NCBI GenBank assembly: GCA_002392285.1
Contig: DGGR01000038.1
Location: 20,840 to 52,839, forward strand
Reading direction: 5' to 3'
Length of the DNA stretch: 32,000 nt
Source: Verrucomicrobia bacterium UBA3869
Lineage (GTDB): Bacteria; Verrucomicrobiota; Verrucomicrobiia; Opitutales; UBA9783
Shown here: positions 15,078-23,782 of the stretch, piece by piece
How positions within the stretch are numbered: the first letter of the stretch is position 1
How the letters are laid out: each line of letters opens with the position of its first letter
The notes under the pieces: generated by a model
Told to the model about the DNA's origin: nothing
Database searches by the model: none
The model's input: the letters and a program-made list of their open reading frames with translations, nothing else
Position numbers and translations under genes: made by a program

Positions 15078-15794
15078 TTATTTTTTGCAAAGGTACATTA
15101 AATCCGGCTGATGCTTGTATTTATAGAGATTCCAGTATTTTTTCAAAAACCTTATGATCCATAGTTCGTTTTTGACCATGGGGAGTGTTGTTTCTTGATG
15201 ACAAACGTATTTTAAGCCTACACTTGCTACGTAAGTATCCAGTTTTTCTTTTGTCCAAGCAGTATGGTGTTGAGCCATGTTATAGATGGCACCACAATTG
15301 GGGCATAATGAATCCAGACGATTGGAATCTGGTCGGTTAGGAACTGCAATGATCAAGTATCCCTGATCCTTCATTAAGCCATAAATATTTTTGATAAATT
15401 CTGGTAAGTCTTCGGGCAACACATGTTCTAATACTTCTGATAGAAAGATAACTTGGAAGTGGTTATGGAATTTTTCGAAAAATGTTGGCGAAATAACTTC
15501 ACCTCCTACAAAGTTACTCTGCGATGATAAAAGTTCTTTAGCGCATTTAACTTCTTCTGGACTTTGATCTGCAATGTATAATTTGGCTGCTGGATTTTTT
15601 AAATAGGTAAACATGTACCCCCTCCCGCAACCAAAATCAAGAATATTCCCTTCTAGCTTGATATGTTTTTGTGCGAATCGAACGATGTGTTTTCCGCAAA
15701 ACAATCCTGCATATTCATCAGGCCATTGTACGGATACGCCATCCCAAAAATCTTTAATGGATTCATGGCTCCATTTATAGATAAAAGGCTTCAT
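15078..15794 (-). CDS. class I SAM-dependent methyltransferase, substrate unknown
   Basis: Motif I ILDFGCGRGY, and post-I/II motifs LYIADQS and VIFLSEVLEHV. A CPNCG element is also present. Length is 238 aa. Confidence 0.75.
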   Translation of the reverse strand: MKPFIYKWSHESIKDFWDGVSVQWPDEYAGLFCGKHIVRFAQKHIKLEGNILDFGCGRGYMFTYLKNPAAKLYIADQSPEEVKCAKELLSSQSNFVGGEVISPTFFEKFHNHFQVIFLSEVLEHVLPEDLPEFIKNIYGLMKDQGYLIIAVPNRPDSNRLDSLCPNCGAIYNMAQHHTAWTKEKLDTYVASVGLKYVCHQETTLPMVKNELWIIRFLKKYWNLYKYKHQPDLMYLCKK

Positions 15795-15858
15795 TGCCTT
15801 ATGAATAAATATAAAATAAGTTAAAGTAAAGTGGAAAATAGCTACACTACAGTGCGTT

Positions 15859-16431
15859 TTAATATCTATACCTTAATAACGCACAACAGGGTTGATTATG
15901 ACCCTTGGAGTGGGTGAGTGTACGGTTTATTGTCCAAGTGCACGATAGATCCAGGGTTAATTGGGATGGGTATTCCATGGCTAATGTGGCCGATGGCATG
16001 CGATACCCTAAGTTGTTCAGTAGTTGCCACAAAGCTTGTGCGTTAATATCCCATAGGGGATAAGGTGGGTCAAAGAAGATAAAGTCACTTATTGGCAAGG
16101 ATTCAACATTAATGCTTAACAGATTGTCGGAGCGCGTGCTACAAATCGATTCTGTTCGTTGGGCGCTTTTACATACCTTTTGAATATTGATTTCAAGTGT
16201 TTTAATAGCCTGCGGGTGATTATCGATCAACAGGCAGGATTTGGCACCGCGGCTGATAGCTTCTAGGCCGTAAGCTCCTGTGCCAGCGAAGCAATCGATA
16301 ACCGTTGCATTTTGAATTGCAGGGCCGATGGAGTTGAACAAGCGCTCACGAGTTGCATCCGTTGCTGGGCGTAGATCGTAAGCTGGTACGGATAATACAA
16401 TGCTACGCGCTGCTCCACCTGTAATACGCAT
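15859..16431 (-). CDS. rsmD: 16S rRNA (guanine966-N2)-methyltransferase RsmD
   Basis: MRITGGAARS..L......RPATDATRERLFNSI, VIDCFAGTGAYGLEAISRGA and FIFFDPPYP are RsmD signatures. I prefer the ATG at 16431, which overlaps the gltX stop as TAATG, over the track start at 16455. Confidence 0.85.
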   Translation of the reverse strand: MRITGGAARSIVLSVPAYDLRPATDATRERLFNSIGPAIQNATVIDCFAGTGAYGLEAISRGAKSCLLIDNHPQAIKTLEINIQKVCKSAQRTESICSTRSDNLLSINVESLPISDFIFFDPPYPLWDINAQALWQLLNNLGYRMPSATLAMEYPSQLTLDLSCTWTINRTLTHSKGHNQPCCALLRYRY

Positions 16432-17750
16432 TAGGATAATTGGGTATCTAAACACCGTTGGATGCGAGCCAGAACGGTGGATTGTCCTAAAATAGGTAGC
16501 ATGTGGTATAAGCTGGGGCCCACGCTACGACCTGAAACCGCGAAACGCAAGGGGTGGATGTAATGCCCTGTGGGGATTTGATTTGTTTCGCTGAGCGTGT
16601 GAATACAAGCTTCGATGTTTTCTTCTGAAAAATTCGTTAATGCTGATAGTTTCTCTTTTAGCTCTAAAAGCCGCTGTTTTGGCTGATATTTTTCGATTTT
16701 CTTGAATGCTTCAGGTTCAAATGGGTAAGATTCATCAAAGAAGTACTCGATAAAGTGGGGCAGTTCTTCAAAAGAACGCAGTTTTTCTTGGACGATAGCG
16801 AAAATAGCCTTGAGTCGATTGGTATCGTGTATCGCGTTCTCATGGCCGGTTTCTTTCAAAACTATTACGCCTTGCTGATAGAATGCTTCGGGCGATAGGT
16901 TTTTAACATGCTCAGCGTTGATGAACATGAGCTTTTTCTCATCAAAACGGGCATTGGTATTATTTACGTCTTTCAAATCAAAGGCCGCGATAATTTCAGC
17001 TATAGGCATGATTTCGCGGTCGTTTTTTGGTGACCAACCAAGCAGCGATAAGTAATTGATTATTCCTTCGGGCAAGAAGTACTTTTGTCGGTACTCTTCT
17101 ACCAAAGATCCTGAGTCGCGTTTACTCATTTTACCCGGGCCTGATGTTTTTAAAATCAGGGGTATGTGGGCAAATTTGGGTGGTGTTACTCCAAACGCGC
17201 GGTATAGTTCTAAATGCTTATTGGTATTAGACAAATGGTCTTCGCCGCGTATAACGTGCGTAATATGCATATCAATATCATCGACGACATTAACAAAATG
17301 GAATACAGGCGTGCCATTCGAGCGATAAATAACGAAATCCTTTTCTTCTAGGCGCTGAACAGGACCATGAATCAAATCATCGAGAGTTTGAGTTGCTCCC
17401 GATACTTTTAGCCAAATAGCGCCTTCTTTTTCGTATACGCATCCAGCTTGTCTTAATTGCTCCAAGTAGCGCTGATAAACCTCGTTACGTTCGCTTTGGA
17501 AATAAGGGCCATAGGGGCCACCTACATCGGGCCCTTCATCCCAATCAAGCCCTAACCAACGTAGGTTGGATAGCAGGGAATTCAATGATTCCTTGGTGTT
17601 GCGTTCGGTATCGGTGTCCTCGATGCGCAATACAAAAGTGCCTTGAGTATGCTTAGCGTAGAGCCAATTAAACAGGGCGGTTCTTGCGCCACCGATATGG
17701 AAATAGCCCGTAGGGCTTGGAGCAAAACGAACTCGAACAGAACTTGTCAT
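16431..17750 (-). CDS. gltX: glutamate--tRNA ligase
   Basis: VRVRFAPSPTGYFHIGGARTALFNWLYA (HIGH region), RIEDTD and KMSKR are present. At 439 aa it is on the short side for GluRS. Confidence 0.95.
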   Translation of the reverse strand: MTSSVRVRFAPSPTGYFHIGGARTALFNWLYAKHTQGTFVLRIEDTDTERNTKESLNSLLSNLRWLGLDWDEGPDVGGPYGPYFQSERNEVYQRYLEQLRQAGCVYEKEGAIWLKVSGATQTLDDLIHGPVQRLEEKDFVIYRSNGTPVFHFVNVVDDIDMHITHVIRGEDHLSNTNKHLELYRAFGVTPPKFAHIPLILKTSGPGKMSKRDSGSLVEEYRQKYFLPEGIINYLSLLGWSPKNDREIMPIAEIIAAFDLKDVNNTNARFDEKKLMFINAEHVKNLSPEAFYQQGVIVLKETGHENAIHDTNRLKAIFAIVQEKLRSFEELPHFIEYFFDESYPFEPEAFKKIEKYQPKQRLLELKEKLSALTNFSEENIEACIHTLSETNQIPTGHYIHPLRFAVSGRSVGPSLYHMLPILGQSTVLARIQRCLDTQLS

Positions 17751-17778
17751 AAGTAATAAAGCTTAAGGTACCTTGATT

Positions 17779-19275
17779 TTATGCTTCTAGGTGTTGCTCA
17801 AAGAACTGGATTAATTCTGATTCCGATAATCGGGTTTGTCGCGTCGTATCGCGGTCCCGCAAGGTATAGGTGTGTTGTTCCAGTGAATCAAAGTCAACGG
17901 TAATACACCATGGCGTACCGATTTCGTCCATGCGGCGGTAACGTTTACCGATAGAACCAGCTTCCTCATAGAGTGTATACCATCGTGTATGTAGTTTTTT
18001 GAATAAGGTGCGTGCTTGTTCCACCAATTCTGGATTGTTTTTTACTAGTGGGAATACAGCAATCTTGATGGGTGCCAATTGAGGTTTAAAGTGTAACACA
18101 ATGCGTTTATCTCCATTGACTTCATCTTCATCATAGGCGGAAACTAAAACCGCTAATAAGGTGCGGTCTACTCCCACTGACGGTTCAATAACGTAGGGTA
18201 AGTATTTCGTTTTACGCTCTTCGTCAAAATAACCGATAGGCTTCCCGCTAAAGGTTTGATGTTGCGTTAAATCGAAATTTCCACGCACAGCAATACCTTC
18301 CAGCTCTTGAACCCCAAAGGGGTATTGAAACATGATATCGGTGCAAGCCTTTGCATAGTGAGCTAAATCTTCTTTTTGATGCACGTCAAAGCTTAACCAT
18401 TCAGGTTTAACGCCGATGGACTGATGCCATTGGTAGCGCGTTTCAATCCATTGCTTGTGCAATTCAGGCCATAGCGCCTCTTCGGCTGGGAAAAAGTATT
18501 CAATTTCCATCTGTTCAAATTCGCGCGACCGAAACGTAAAATTACGCGGGGTAATCTCGTTGCGAAACGCTTTGCCGATTTGAGCAATTCCGAATGGTAC
18601 TTTAATGCGGGTTGTATCGAGCACATTTTTGAAATTGATGAAAATGCCTTGAGCGGTTTCAGGACGCAGAAAAGCCGTACTTGCTTCGGATTCAACCGCA
18701 CCGACATTCGTTTTAAACATCAAATTGAATTGGCGCGTAGGAGTTAAATCACCTGCATGATCCGTTGCTGGCGATGGAATAAGCGCAAATTCTTCAGGTT
18801 TGGCTTGTGTTAAAGGTTTGAGCTCAAAGGCATCGGGGGTATCTTTGCAATGATTGGCCTTGAGGAGCGCTTGTACCTTTTTTTGCGCGCTTACTTGCGG
18901 ATCTTCTTCATCGGTAACACAAATATAACCTAATAACTTACCTTGAACGTTGATAGGGGAAAAAAAGACTTTATCGGCACGATAACGGGCTTTGGTGACC
19001 TTACAATCCACCATAGGATCGGTAAAGCCGCTTACGTGTCCGGAAGCTTCCCAAACTCTTGGATGCAGGATGATGGAACTATCCAGTCCGATGATATCTT
19101 CTCGGTCATGTACCATTGATTTCCACCAAGCGTTTTTAATGTTGCGCTTGAGTTCAGTGCCTAAAGGACCGTAATCGAAAAAGCCGTTTAATCCACCATA
19201 AATATCGGACGATAAAAAAATAAATCCCTTGCTTTTGCAAAAAGCAACCAAATCCTTCATTTGTACCTGAAACAT
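17779..19275 (-). CDS. glyQS: glycine--tRNA ligase, homodimeric (alpha2, GlyQS) type
   Basis: CKSKGFIFLSSDIYGGLNGFFDYGPLG, FLRPETAQGIF, FGIAQIGKAFRNEITP and IEPSVGVDR are typical of the class II alpha2 GlyRS. Confidence 0.95.
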   Translation of the reverse strand: MFQVQMKDLVAFCKSKGFIFLSSDIYGGLNGFFDYGPLGTELKRNIKNAWWKSMVHDREDIIGLDSSIILHPRVWEASGHVSGFTDPMVDCKVTKARYRADKVFFSPINVQGKLLGYICVTDEEDPQVSAQKKVQALLKANHCKDTPDAFELKPLTQAKPEEFALIPSPATDHAGDLTPTRQFNLMFKTNVGAVESEASTAFLRPETAQGIFINFKNVLDTTRIKVPFGIAQIGKAFRNEITPRNFTFRSREFEQMEIEYFFPAEEALWPELHKQWIETRYQWHQSIGVKPEWLSFDVHQKEDLAHYAKACTDIMFQYPFGVQELEGIAVRGNFDLTQHQTFSGKPIGYFDEERKTKYLPYVIEPSVGVDRTLLAVLVSAYDEDEVNGDKRIVLHFKPQLAPIKIAVFPLVKNNPELVEQARTLFKKLHTRWYTLYEEAGSIGKRYRRMDEIGTPWCITVDFDSLEQHTYTLRDRDTTRQTRLSESELIQFFEQHLEA

Positions 19276-19323
19276 ACCTCTTTGTATATAAGGGTATGAA
19301 TCGGTCTATGCAATATTAAAAGC

Positions 19324-21420
19324 TTAGGATATTTGGATGCGGCTCAAAGGACGGATGGTGATTTCGTCTGTAAGCTCTTGGTGAGATAATACCGGCAAAT
19401 CATAGATTTCCACTTCAATCAATTTGCGCACATATCGACGGATATCCATTGAGGTTAGGAGCACCGGACGATGCGCCTGTTGCCATACATCTCCTGCGGC
19501 ATCTTTGATTGCGCGTACAATTTTTTTCGCCGTTGGAGGGTCGAGTGCCAAATAACTTCCAGCAGAGGTTTGACGGATGGCCTTACGTACCATTTCTTCA
19601 ATCTTCGGATCTAGCAAATATACCGATAAAACATTGTGCCCCTCGCTGAATTTATAGCTGATGTAACGCCTTAAGGTAGAGCGTACATAATCGGCGAGCA
19701 AAACCGGTTCCTTTTCCTTTTGCCCCCAATCGATGAGGCATTGAAAAATGGTTTTTAAATTGCGAATGGAAATTTCTTCCTGCACGAGTCGTTGGAAAAT
19801 TTCGGTAATTTTTTGAATCGGTAGTACGCGTTGCACTTCTTTGATGATTTCTGGGAAGTTTTGCTCCATGTTTTCCATCAAAAATTTACATTCTTGGATG
19901 CCTAGAAAATCTCCAGCGTACCGTTTTAGGACATAAGATAGGTGGTGGGTTAAAATTTGGGGGGCGCGCATGTAAGCTACGTTTGCTCCATCTAATAACT
20001 TAACCTCTTCTTGTGGTACCCATAACGACGGTATGTGGGGTAGATAGGTATCTCTTTCGGTAAAATGGACGCCTAACATATCCAGATTATCTTTGGTTTC
20101 CCGTGCGATTACTTGATTCGGCAATAGTTCGCCTTGGGCAATAGGGACTTCGTAGATCAAAATACGGTAAGAATGTTGCTGCAGGGCGTTGTTGAACCGT
20201 AAATGGATACCCGGAAATGGAACCCCTAAATCGTGGTATAATGCGCGCCTTACTTGAATTAAACGCTCATTGAGGACATCTGCTTCGATGATAGATTCCA
20301 AAGAACGTTCTACATCCAACATGAGTGGAACTGTAACTGAGAATTCGTTGCTTTCTTCTTCCTCGGATTCGTGCGTTACCGTTGGCGCTTTAAATTTTGG
20401 AGCAGTTTTAGTAGCCCCTTTAAGCTTTTTGCTGGGGTTGTTACGAACGTTGTTCAAACAATAGCCGATGGGAAGGAGGATGGCTGCAAGCAGTAAGAAT
20501 GGAATTTTCGGGAACCCTGGCATCAACATAAGCGCTATCAACATGCATCCTCCAATTAACAAGGCTTTAGGTTGATTGAGCACTTGAGAACCAATATCAC
20601 GTCCAAGGACTGTTCCCTCGTTAGAACCTACTTTGGTAACGATAATACCTGAAGTAATCGAAATAAGGAGCGCGGGAATTTGAGAGACCAATCCATCACC
20701 GATGGTTAAAATGGAGTAGGTGGTAACCGCTTTGCCAAGTTCCATGTTTTTTTGAGTTACCCCGATAATAATTCCTGCAACGATATTAATGGCGGTGATG
20801 ATAAGGCCTGCGATAGCATCCCCTTTAACGAATTTCATGGCACCATCCATAGCACCATACAGTTGGCTTTCACGTTCCAAATCTGAACGGCGACGCTTTG
20901 CTTCTGCCATATCAATGGTTCCTGCACGCATATCTGCATCGATACTCATTTGCTTGCCTGGCATAGCATCCAATGTGAAACGGGCTGCGACTTCTGCTAC
21001 ACGTTCCGCTCCTTTGGTAATAACGATAAATTGTACTAACAGTAAGATTAAGAATACTACTGCACCAACCACGAAGTTACCGCCAACGACGAATTTACCG
21101 AATGTGAAAATAATTTCACCAGCGGTGGCATGCAGCAAAATCATACGTGTGGTGGTAATGTTTAGTGCTAGTCGGAATAGCGTTGTAAATAGCAACAAGC
21201 TAGGGAAGGTAGAGAATGCCAGTACATTGGGTATGTACAAGGACATCATGAACAAAACAACCGAAATTGTTAGGTTGAGTGCGATAAGCGCATCCACGAG
21301 GGCTGGTGGTACCGGCACAATCATCAACGAAATGATCATGACCAATATCATTGCCAGTACGATATCGTTAAAACGAGAGTACTTAGCAATCAAACGATCT
21401 AATGAAGCAACCCAGTTCAC
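19324..21420 (-). CDS. sctV: type III secretion export-gate protein SctV (YscV/LcrD/CdsV family)
   Basis: FVVGGNFVVG, ITKGAERVAEVAARFTLDAMPGKQMSIDADMRAG, GAMDGAMKFVKGDAIAG, LGVPFPGIHLRFN, YLLDPKIEEMVRKAIRQTSAGSYLALDP and MDIRRYVRKLIE are injectisome-type rather than FlhA-type blocks. The GTG start overlaps the upstream gene stop (GTGA). Confidence 0.95.
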   Translation of the reverse strand: MNWVASLDRLIAKYSRFNDIVLAMILVMIISLMIVPVPPALVDALIALNLTISVVLFMMSLYIPNVLAFSTFPSLLLFTTLFRLALNITTTRMILLHATAGEIIFTFGKFVVGGNFVVGAVVFLILLLVQFIVITKGAERVAEVAARFTLDAMPGKQMSIDADMRAGTIDMAEAKRRRSDLERESQLYGAMDGAMKFVKGDAIAGLIITAINIVAGIIIGVTQKNMELGKAVTTYSILTIGDGLVSQIPALLISITSGIIVTKVGSNEGTVLGRDIGSQVLNQPKALLIGGCMLIALMLMPGFPKIPFLLLAAILLPIGYCLNNVRNNPSKKLKGATKTAPKFKAPTVTHESEEEESNEFSVTVPLMLDVERSLESIIEADVLNERLIQVRRALYHDLGVPFPGIHLRFNNALQQHSYRILIYEVPIAQGELLPNQVIARETKDNLDMLGVHFTERDTYLPHIPSLWVPQEEVKLLDGANVAYMRAPQILTHHLSYVLKRYAGDFLGIQECKFLMENMEQNFPEIIKEVQRVLPIQKITEIFQRLVQEEISIRNLKTIFQCLIDWGQKEKEPVLLADYVRSTLRRYISYKFSEGHNVLSVYLLDPKIEEMVRKAIRQTSAGSYLALDPPTAKKIVRAIKDAAGDVWQQAHRPVLLTSMDIRRYVRKLIEVEIYDLPVLSHQELTDEITIRPLSRIQIS

Positions 21421-21758
21421 GGTAATGAGCGTTTAGTTAAATATTTTTGAAGCATAGCACGTGAAGCAGGCTTTTGGTCTAAATCCCACAACACTTTACT
21501 GCAGATATAGTAATAAGCTACTAACAGCTTATGGTTCAATTTGGTTGCATCGATGGATTGCATTACCTTGGAGGCTTCTTCATAGCGCTTTGCTTTATAG
21601 AGGCAATCGATAAGGGCTAGTGTGATTTTTGCATCATTAGCCGTATGCAAACGGAGAATGCGTAAAAGGTAGAGTGCCAATTGAAATTTCGATTGCTGTA
21701 TGTATAAAAATGCCAGCAAATACAAGAAATCGATCTGTTGCTTATCCAGCAAGCCCAT
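21417..21758 (-). CDS. small TPR-like type III secretion chaperone, YscY/SctY-like
   Basis: 113 aa, helical-repeat, translationally coupled to sctV just as yscY is to yscV in Yersinia. DKQQIDFLYLLAFLYIQQSKFQLALYLLRIL and the C-terminal SRAMLQKYLTKR resemble my recollection of YscY (KRQQEFLLLNGWLQL...ILLDALL, ...ARHAYQHYLELK). This is not verified by alignment. Confidence 0.5.
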   Translation of the reverse strand: MGLLDKQQIDFLYLLAFLYIQQSKFQLALYLLRILRLHTANDAKITLALIDCLYKAKRYEEASKVMQSIDATKLNHKLLVAYYYICSKVLWDLDQKPASRAMLQKYLTKRSLP

Positions 21759-21872
21759 ATCTGTTATTATAACAAGTTCATGACAGAAGTAAATATCTCG
21801 TGTATTTTTGTTAAAAAATAATTTGAGGTAAAAATAGGGGATTTCCTTAATAAATGGCCGTTTTTAAGATAT

Positions 21873-22685
21873 ATGAGTATTCACACGACCAATTCAACTT
21901 CATCTAACAGTGCTGTTAATCAAACTTTAGTTGATAATAACATAGAAAAACCAAAAACTAAATTTGCTGCTGACCAATTTAGTGCTAATGGAGGAATTAC
22001 TGGACAATCGTATATTGAAGACGATGATTTATCGATTCCACGAGCTAATGATGTTTCTGTTCCGAATCCCCAGACGAATAAATTAACTGAAGTCGGTATA
22101 GCAAGTATTGGATGGGAGAGAATCGGAGATGATAGTATTCGTCAGTTGATGAAGGATATTATTAAAGCTTTTGCTGCTTTGTTGACTAACCAAAAGGAGG
22201 CAGATCGTAATGCTCTAGAGAGTATGTTAAGGTCGTTTGATGAAAAGATTAATAAGATGCAGGAGTCTGTACAGAAAGCCTATCAGTCAGCAATGGCTGG
22301 AGCAATCTGTAATATGATATCTGGAGCTGTATCCATTGCATGTGGAGCTCTTGGACTTCGTAAGTTGGCAACTGCTGGTGCTAGCGAGGCAGCCCAAAAA
22401 GCAGCAGCAGCGGCCGCAGAGTCGATCAATGCTATTGGTGGAGCATTGGGCAAGGTGATTGAAAGCGGTGGAGGAATCATGTCCGCTGTATGGACTAAAG
22501 AGAAAGGACTCGCTGATATTGGAGTAACTGAACAAGAACGTCTTATTGAGGTGTTTAATAGTATGCGTGATGAAAACAAGAAGTTCTCAGAGAATATGAT
22601 GCAGTTTATCAACAATATATTATCTGAAATGCAGCAATTGCTCAATGCGGTTGCTTCGTCAGGTCGCAGTATTGCTCAAGCTTAA
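21873..22685 (+). CDS. hypothetical protein resembling a T3SS hydrophobic (minor) translocator, SctB/YopD/EspB-like
   Basis: 270 aa. The N-terminus is rich in Ser, Thr and Asn (MSIHTTNSTSSNSAVNQ). There are flanking coiled-coil-like segments and one central hydrophobic Gly/Ala-rich segment (AMAGAICNMISGAVSIACGALGL). An Ala-rich amphipathic stretch and a C-terminal amphipathic helix (MMQFINNILSEMQQLLNAV) follow. It is divergent from the sctY-like/sctV pair. Confidence 0.4.
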   Translation: MSIHTTNSTSSNSAVNQTLVDNNIEKPKTKFAADQFSANGGITGQSYIEDDDLSIPRANDVSVPNPQTNKLTEVGIASIGWERIGDDSIRQLMKDIIKAFAALLTNQKEADRNALESMLRSFDEKINKMQESVQKAYQSAMAGAICNMISGAVSIACGALGLRKLATAGASEAAQKAAAAAAESINAIGGALGKVIESGGGIMSAVWTKEKGLADIGVTEQERLIEVFNSMRDENKKFSENMMQFINNILSEMQQLLNAVASSGRSIAQA

Positions 22686-23698
22686 TCATAGAGTTTTTCT
22701 TGAATACTTAAGTAACGTTCGGACCCTTGATGTTCCCATTGCTGAAATAAAATACCTCGTAAAAAGTTTTGTTGTTGGGATAAGGAATAGCCAAACAGCT
22801 GCAGTCGATGAGGAACATCGCTTAAGGAGCGGGCATGAAGGGTTGCTAGCGTGCAATGTCCAGTAAGGGCTGCATTTACTACGAACTTCAAATGCTCGCT
22901 TGAACGAATTTCCCCTAATCCAATAACATTCACGCTTTGTCGAAGAATCAATTTACTCCAAAGGCTGTTGAGCGTATCCGATGCAAACTGAACCTGAAAG
23001 ATATTGGGCTGTGGGATTTCAATAGGGTCCTCAAAACTAAAAATCCGTTGGGTTGTTTGTAGTTGATGCAGTAAATGATAATAGTGGGTTGTTTTCCCGT
23101 TACCAATGGGGCTTGTAATGAGCCATAAACCGGCAGGGGCATGAAGTACTTTTTGCGCAAATTGTGTTTGCATCAAAGGTTCGAAGTTAAACTGTTGTGC
23201 ATGATGGGGTGTATGAAAACGCACGACTATATTAGCACCCAGTAGGGTTGGAAGCATAGAAACACGACAGTAAAACGTTCGGTTGCCTATCGACTGCGAA
23301 AATTGGCCATTTAAAGGCGTATGATGATTGAGGTGCGTTAAGTTAGCCTTCAGTCGAATAATGTTTTCCAGGATGGGTTGCCATTCAATTGGCCATTCTT
23401 TAATGACCGACAAAATCCCTTGTTTGCGCGCTAAGATGCGTATGAATTGCTTATGAGGCTCGAAGTGAATATCGGAATATCCAGACAAATAATGTTGCGA
23501 TAATAGGTCGGGAAGCAGGGTTGTGATTGATGAAGTTTTAAATAACGTTGGGCGTGCTTCCGGGTTGATTGATCCAACGTTCGATGAGTGGGATTTAATT
23601 TCATGCTTATCTACCCATTCAATCGTTAACGGCTTGTGATAGGTTTGCTGCAAAAATGTTAAGTAGCGCAGGGTTTCAGGGGTTGTTTGTCGTTGCAC
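22682..23698 (-). CDS. GspE/PilB/ComGA-family secretion ATPase, short ComGA-like form with atypical motifs
   Basis: SDIHFEP, Walker A-like ITSPIGNGKTT, Asp box FEDPIE, GLGEIRSSEH and His box TGHCTLATLHA. It lacks the N-terminal domains of GspE. The annotated start is GTG at 23698 but is uncertain (see findings). Confidence 0.75.
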   Translation of the reverse strand: MQRQTTPETLRYLTFLQQTYHKPLTIEWVDKHEIKSHSSNVGSINPEARPTLFKTSSITTLLPDLLSQHYLSGYSDIHFEPHKQFIRILARKQGILSVIKEWPIEWQPILENIIRLKANLTHLNHHTPLNGQFSQSIGNRTFYCRVSMLPTLLGANIVVRFHTPHHAQQFNFEPLMQTQFAQKVLHAPAGLWLITSPIGNGKTTHYYHLLHQLQTTQRIFSFEDPIEIPQPNIFQVQFASDTLNSLWSKLILRQSVNVIGLGEIRSSEHLKFVVNAALTGHCTLATLHARSLSDVPHRLQLFGYSLSQQQNFLRGILFQQWEHQGSERYLSIQEKLYD

Positions 23699-23782
23699 TT
23701 TGCATGAAATGGCAGTGTCCCCGATAGATTTGATAACGATACCGGATGCACGTAAACGCTGTTCGAGCTCGGTTTTAATAGA

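Noticed and set aside
19324-21420. Possibility that the 698-aa protein is the flagellar paralog FlhA rather than injectisome SctV
   Set aside because: The motif variants (ERVAEVAARF.LDAMPGKQMSIDADMRAG, MDIRRYVRKLIE, C-terminal I.PL.RI) and the YscY-like upstream gene are injectisome-type. The FlhA equivalents differ ([29 protein letters not shown]).
20789-21436. 215-aa plus-strand ORF
   Set aside because: It is antisense to sctV. Its Ser/Ala/Thr-rich low-complexity translation is typical of the reverse frame of a membrane-protein gene.
22283-22645. 120-aa and 82-aa minus-strand ORFs inside the translocator-like gene
   Set aside because: These are open antisense frames created by the Ala/Gly-rich (GCN-rich) plus-strand coding region. 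They have no start context or motifs.
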